Source of the DNA: a virus
Reading direction: 5' to 3' (one strand)
DNA length: 46,259 nt
IMG/VR virus record: IMGVR_UViG_3300031920_000053
Location: 1-46,259 of that record
Below, piece after piece: positions 44,606 to 46,259 of the stretch (position 1 is its first letter; each line of letters begins with the position of its first letter). A model generated the notes under the pieces. The model was not told the DNA's origin. It saw nothing but the letters and a program-made list of their open reading frames with translations, and ran no database searches. Position numbers and translations under genes: made by a program.

Positions 44606-44849
44606 TGTTTACCTCCACAAGTTCTTTGATATAAATTGTTAGGTCTTTGACTGTCGCTTCTATAGAAACATCGTCGTCGTCTATTTCAGTGTTGAACCTG
44701 TCTTCAAGCAATATATTGAGCGGCACTACATCTAAGCTGTCTGCTCCGAGGCTTTCCAGCGTTGAGTCCTCTTTGATGTCCTCAAGCTTAATATTCAGAG
44801 TTTCAACAATAGCATTGTTTACGATAATTGTTGCGTCAAGTTGTTTCAT
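44598..44849 (-). CDS. Acyl/peptidyl carrier protein-like (PP-binding) protein, 83 aa.
   Basis: LESLGADSLDVVPLNILLEDRFNTEI matches the ACP helix II motif (D/G)xDSLDxVE with the Ser attachment site. The protein is acidic and has the typical ~80-aa size. Confidence 0.65.
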   Translation of the reverse strand: MKQLDATIIVNNAIVETLNIKLEDIKEDSTLESLGADSLDVVPLNILLEDRFNTEIDDDDVSIEATVKDLTIYIKELVEVNNE

Positions 44850-45109
44850 TCGGCTTTCTCCTTGTGCTGCAGTAAATATTTTACAACTCCGTCAAGGTCG
44901 TAGCCTTTAATGACTCTGTATTCCCTGCCGTCCTTAAAATAGCTGTTCTTTAGCAAGTTTTCCTCTGTTGATGGCATCTTGCTTGTGGATTCCCATGCTC
45001 CACAGCCGGGATCAAACTTCTCCCCGTCCCTGTTTACGATTGGAGCTGATACTCCTGGGTTAAACCTAAATACCTTCTTGCAGTCGCCTAGTTTCTTTTT
45101 GTTTGCCAT
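44846..45109 (-). CDS. Hypothetical protein, 87 aa.
   Basis: The start was moved to the ATG at 45109 (MANKKKLGDC), preceded by AAGGGAAAG. The stop overlaps the ACP-like start (ATGA). Confidence 0.55.
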   Translation of the reverse strand: MANKKKLGDCKKVFRFNPGVSAPIVNRDGEKFDPGCGAWESTSKMPSTEENLLKNSYFKDGREYRVIKGYDLDGVVKYLLQHKEKAE

Positions 45110-45138
45110 GATACTTTCCCTTTGGTTGTGGGTTAAAT

Positions 45139-45219
45139 TGGCGCAGACGGCAGGATTCGATACCTGCAAATATAGTAGTCTGTAGTTGCTGGCAGGCAAC
45201 CCTATATTATTACATCCGC
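45139..45219 (-). other. tRNA-like element with a 7-bp acceptor-type stem, a T-arm-like hairpin, a discriminator and CCA. It does not fold into a full cloverleaf.
   Basis: On the minus strand, GCGGATG...GCAGG-TATCGAAT-CCTGC-CGTCTGC-G-CCA. All 7 acceptor positions pair (2 G:U). The T loop has one extra base relative to TTCGAAT. There is no D arm, and the central hairpin loop is 6 nt. Confidence 0.3.
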
Positions 45220-45228
45220 ATATAAATT

Positions 45229-45384
45229 TTACTTCCCTGCTTTGATGCCTGCAAGCATTAGATCAGAAGCGATCTTGCCTTTGGGGATCTTGGTTTTCGC
45301 GTTGACGCTATCGACGTGCTTGCGGATTCGCGGTTCCGCCTCCGTTGTGATAGCGTATGTTAGTGCTGCTTTCTTCTTAGTCAT
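45229..45384 (-). CDS. Small ribbon-helix-helix-like DNA-binding protein, 51 aa.
   Basis: The start was moved to the ATG at 45384, preceded by CAGGAGG. MTKKKAALTYAITTEAEPRIRKHVDSVNAKTKIPKGKIASDLMLAGI fits a beta-alpha-alpha layout. Confidence 0.45.
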   Translation of the reverse strand: MTKKKAALTYAITTEAEPRIRKHVDSVNAKTKIPKGKIASDLMLAGIKAGK

Positions 45385-45489
45385 GTTGACCTCCTGTTGG
45401 GGTTGTATTATTAGTGGTAGAATATTAATTGCTTTACAATTGGGGCATGCTATTCCAGGTTCATCGACCATTGGTATTCTTTTGTTGGT

Positions 45490-46259
45490 TTATTTGATCT
45501 TAAAAAACTCTTTGAAATTATTATTTCCATATTGCCCTTGAGTTATATCTGCAACCTCTTTGATTGAATATGTTTTTTTAACGTTGTTTTGTGATTCTAC
45601 AAAATATTTAGTTCCGCCTTCACAGGCTGGACCAATAGCTCGGTACATGCGGATAATATCTTTTAGTGGTCTCATTTCGTCAATATCCAATCCTTCAAAC
45701 TCAGTAGTATCAATCTCGCCAATCTTGTAGAGCAGTGACTCTCTGGCTTCTTTAATTGTGTCGCCATGAGAAGCAATATCCCCATCAAGAACAATATAGC
45801 TTTTGTGTTTTTGACCGTGATTAATTACCTTTAAAACATTACTTTTTCGGGACACAACTTTAGATAAGATGTTATCAACAATAATATGTTCACCAAGTGA
45901 TTCATCGCCATTCAGATAATATTTGTCTGAGTCTTTTTCTTTTGACAAGTAGCCTTTTATGCCACATGGACAAAGTTTAATTTTCTTGCTTCCGTCGCAC
46001 TCGATAACTTGATATTCGTCTCTACGAATTATTACGGATTTTTCACCAGCTTTAATCGTTGCAGAGTATCCAGCGTCAATCGCTGCAGAGTATCCAGCTT
46101 TAATCGTTGCAGAGTATCCAGCTTTAATCGTTGCAGAGTATCCAGCTTTAATCGTTGCATAGTTTCCAGCTTTAATCGTTGCATAGTTTCTAGCGTCAAT
46201 CGTTGCAGAGTATCCAGCTTTAATCGTTGCAGAGTATCCAGCTTTAATCGTTGCAGAGT
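45490..46259 (-). CDS. 3' part of the octapeptide-repeat protein gene (continues from 350..1 across the junction).
   Basis: I translated 46086 down to 45949 and found no stop: ..SAAIDAGYSATIKAGEKSVIIRRDEYQVIECDGSKKIKLCPCGIKGYL, which then joins track ORF 45490-45948 in frame. Confidence 0.8.
   Translation of the reverse strand, partial: SATIKAGYSATIKAGYSATIDARNYATIKAGNYATIKAGYSATIKAGYSATIKAGYSAAIDAGYSATIKAGEKSVIIRRDEYQVIECDGSKKIKLCPCGIKGYLSKEKDSDKYYLNGDESLGEHIIVDNILSKVVSRKSNVLKVINHGQKHKSYIVLDGDIASHGDTIKEARESLLYKIGEIDTTEFEGLDIDEMRPLKDIIRMYRAIGPACEGGTKYFVESQNNVKKTYSIKEVADITQGQYGNNNFKEFFKIK
46039..46259. repeat. Right-end part of the 24-bp tandem repeat array. The last 175 nt (46085-46259) are terminal direct repeat copy B.
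   Basis: Two extra diverged units (..accagctttaatcgtt and gcagagtatccagcgtcaatcgct) precede the block that duplicates 1-175. Confidence 0.9.

Noticed and set aside
1-46259. A search for integrase, excisionase, cI-type repressor, canonical tRNA genes, toxin-antitoxin pairs and known defence or anti-defence families.
   Set aside because: No tyrosine or serine recombinase motifs and no full cloverleaf were found. No family could be recognised by eye, so absence needs confirmation by HMM searches.

Overview
The window is one complete tailed-phage genome. Bases 1-175 are identical to 46085-46259, so the unique sequence is 46,084 bp and the ends join in-frame inside a gene. The genome has two arms. 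A plus-strand arm (3012-31332) carries an accessory block followed by a podovirus-type virion module. In order, that module is small and large terminase, portal, scaffold, major capsid, a repeat-rich capsid-associated protein, T7 gp11/gp12-like tail tube, a gp13-gp16-like ejectosome with a 2206-aa giant protein, two tail fibres and a putative lysis cassette. A minus-strand arm (2336 down through the junction to 31329) carries small early genes and a replication/recombination module. That module has an SMC/Rad50-like ATPase, an AAA_24 (Sak4-like) ATPase, DUF669, an SF2 helicase, an AEP primase-helicase, YopX, RusA and an HNH-AP2 endonuclease. The arms diverge at a 650-bp control region (2337-3011) and converge at 31329-31332. 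No integrase, DNA polymerase, RNA polymerase, canonical tRNA or CRISPR array was seen. Strong Shine-Dalgarno sites, a perfect TTGACA-N17-TATAAT promoter, a lipobox lipoprotein and a periplasm-spanning type of ejectosome suggest a diderm host that uses SD sites. This host inference has low confidence. The items most worth a second look are: (1) a 50-aa stand-alone copy of the NrdD glycyl-radical C-terminus; (2) an acyl-carrier-protein-like gene inside the recombination operon; (3) an octapeptide-repeat gene built on near-perfect 24-bp tandem repeats; (4) an HExxH ORF split at a T TTT TTT slippery run; (5) a ~68-aa module shared by a capsid-associated protein and the tail nozzle; (6) an iteron-rich control region with a possible attenuator; (7) a tRNA 3'-half-like element. 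All family names are recalled from memory of motifs, because no searches were possible.
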